Source of the DNA: Macrostomum hystrix
Taxonomy: Eukaryota > Animalia > Platyhelminthes
Assembly: GCA_950097015.1 (NCBI GenBank)
Contig: CATNEN010000041.1
Location: 2,294,001-2,358,000 of the forward strand
Direction: 5' to 3'
Length of the DNA: 64,000 bases
A program made the position numbers and the translations under genes. Each line of letters starts with the position of its first letter. Positions within the stretch are counted from its first letter, which is position 1. Below are positions 63,218-64,000 of this stretch, piece after piece. The notes beneath the pieces are model-generated. The model saw only the letters and a program-made list of their open reading frames with translations, was not told the origin of the DNA and did not search any database.

Positions 63218-63439
63218 GTGAGCAGTCTTCCCATTGTCTGCCAGTTGATTGTCTCCTTCATTAGCGCTGTTGTGCCCTGGCGATATTAATTGTGACATTG
63301 CCAGTTTCTTGAGTGGCTGCCTACCAGTAACTTACTATAGTGTGTTATTTCTCTCTCCTTTAGCGGGTGCGAAGAAGGCCAGTTTGAGGTAACCAGTTGT
63401 GCATTTGAGCAATCAAGCTACAAATGCCATTCAGACACT

Positions 63440-64000
63440 CAGAGCTGGCAGATGAAGCTTCAGAACTCTCCGGGTAGGGATTGCTCAGCTGGCTCTCAGA
63501 GCTGGCAGATGAAGCCTCAGAACTCACCGGGTAGGGATGGCTCAGCTGGCTCTCAGAGCTGGCAGATGAAGCCTCAGAACTCTCCGGGTAGGGATTGCTC
63601 AGCTGGCTCTCAGAGCTGGCAGATGAAGCCTCAGAACTCTCCGGGTAGGGATTGCTCAGCTGGCTCTCAGAGCTGGCAGATGAAGCCTCAGAACTCTCCG
63701 GGTAGGGATGGCTCAGCTGGCTCTCAGAGCTGGCAGATGAAGCCTCAGAACTCTCCGGGTAGGGATTGCTCAGCTGGCTCTCAGAGCTGGCAGATGAAGC
63801 CTCAGAACTCTCCGGGTAGGGATGGCTCAGCTGGCTCTCAGAGCTGGCAGATGAAGCCTCAGAACTCTCCGGGTAGGGATTGCTCAGCTGGCTCTCAGAG
63901 CTGGCAGATGAAGCCTCAGAACTCTCCGGGTAGGGATTGCTCAGCTGGCTCTCAGAGCTGGCAGATGAAGCCTCAGAACTCTCCGGGTAGGGATTGCTCA
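63440..64000. repeat. 57-bp array in a P5CS intron, truncated by the window end
   Basis: Unit CTGGCAGATGAAGCCTCAGAACTCTCCGGGTAGGGATTGCTCAGCTGGCTCTCAGAG. Confidence 0.95.

Noticed and set aside
63364-63388. Possible 25-nt P5CS microexon (TTTTAG...GAG|GTAACC)
   Set aside because: It would shift the frame and does not encode the expected GAEVGIST continuation.

Overview
Eukaryotic (animal) genomic DNA with GC-rich spliced exons and AT-rich or minisatellite-filled introns. The style suggests a free-living flatworm such as Macrostomum; this is inference, not established. Genes rebuilt by hand from GT-AG junctions: the last exon of an unidentified gene (+), V-ATPase V0 subunit a (-), a two-intron globin (+), an alpha-arrestin (-), a three-domain gelsolin/severin-like protein (-), a single-ORF divergent TRP(V)-like channel (-), Hook (+), an NPY/NPF neuropeptide precursor nested antisense in Hook intron 3 (-), and bifunctional P5CS (+, running off the window). 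Also present: Tc1/mariner and hAT remnants, tRNA-derived SINE-like copies and about 25 unrelated tandem arrays, which explain most long low-complexity ORFs in the track. The best leads are a pair of apparently mutually exclusive exons in V-ATPase a, the nested and unusually long NPF, an MGC-starting globin and the divergent TRP channel. No CRISPR, rRNA or intact tRNA is supported.
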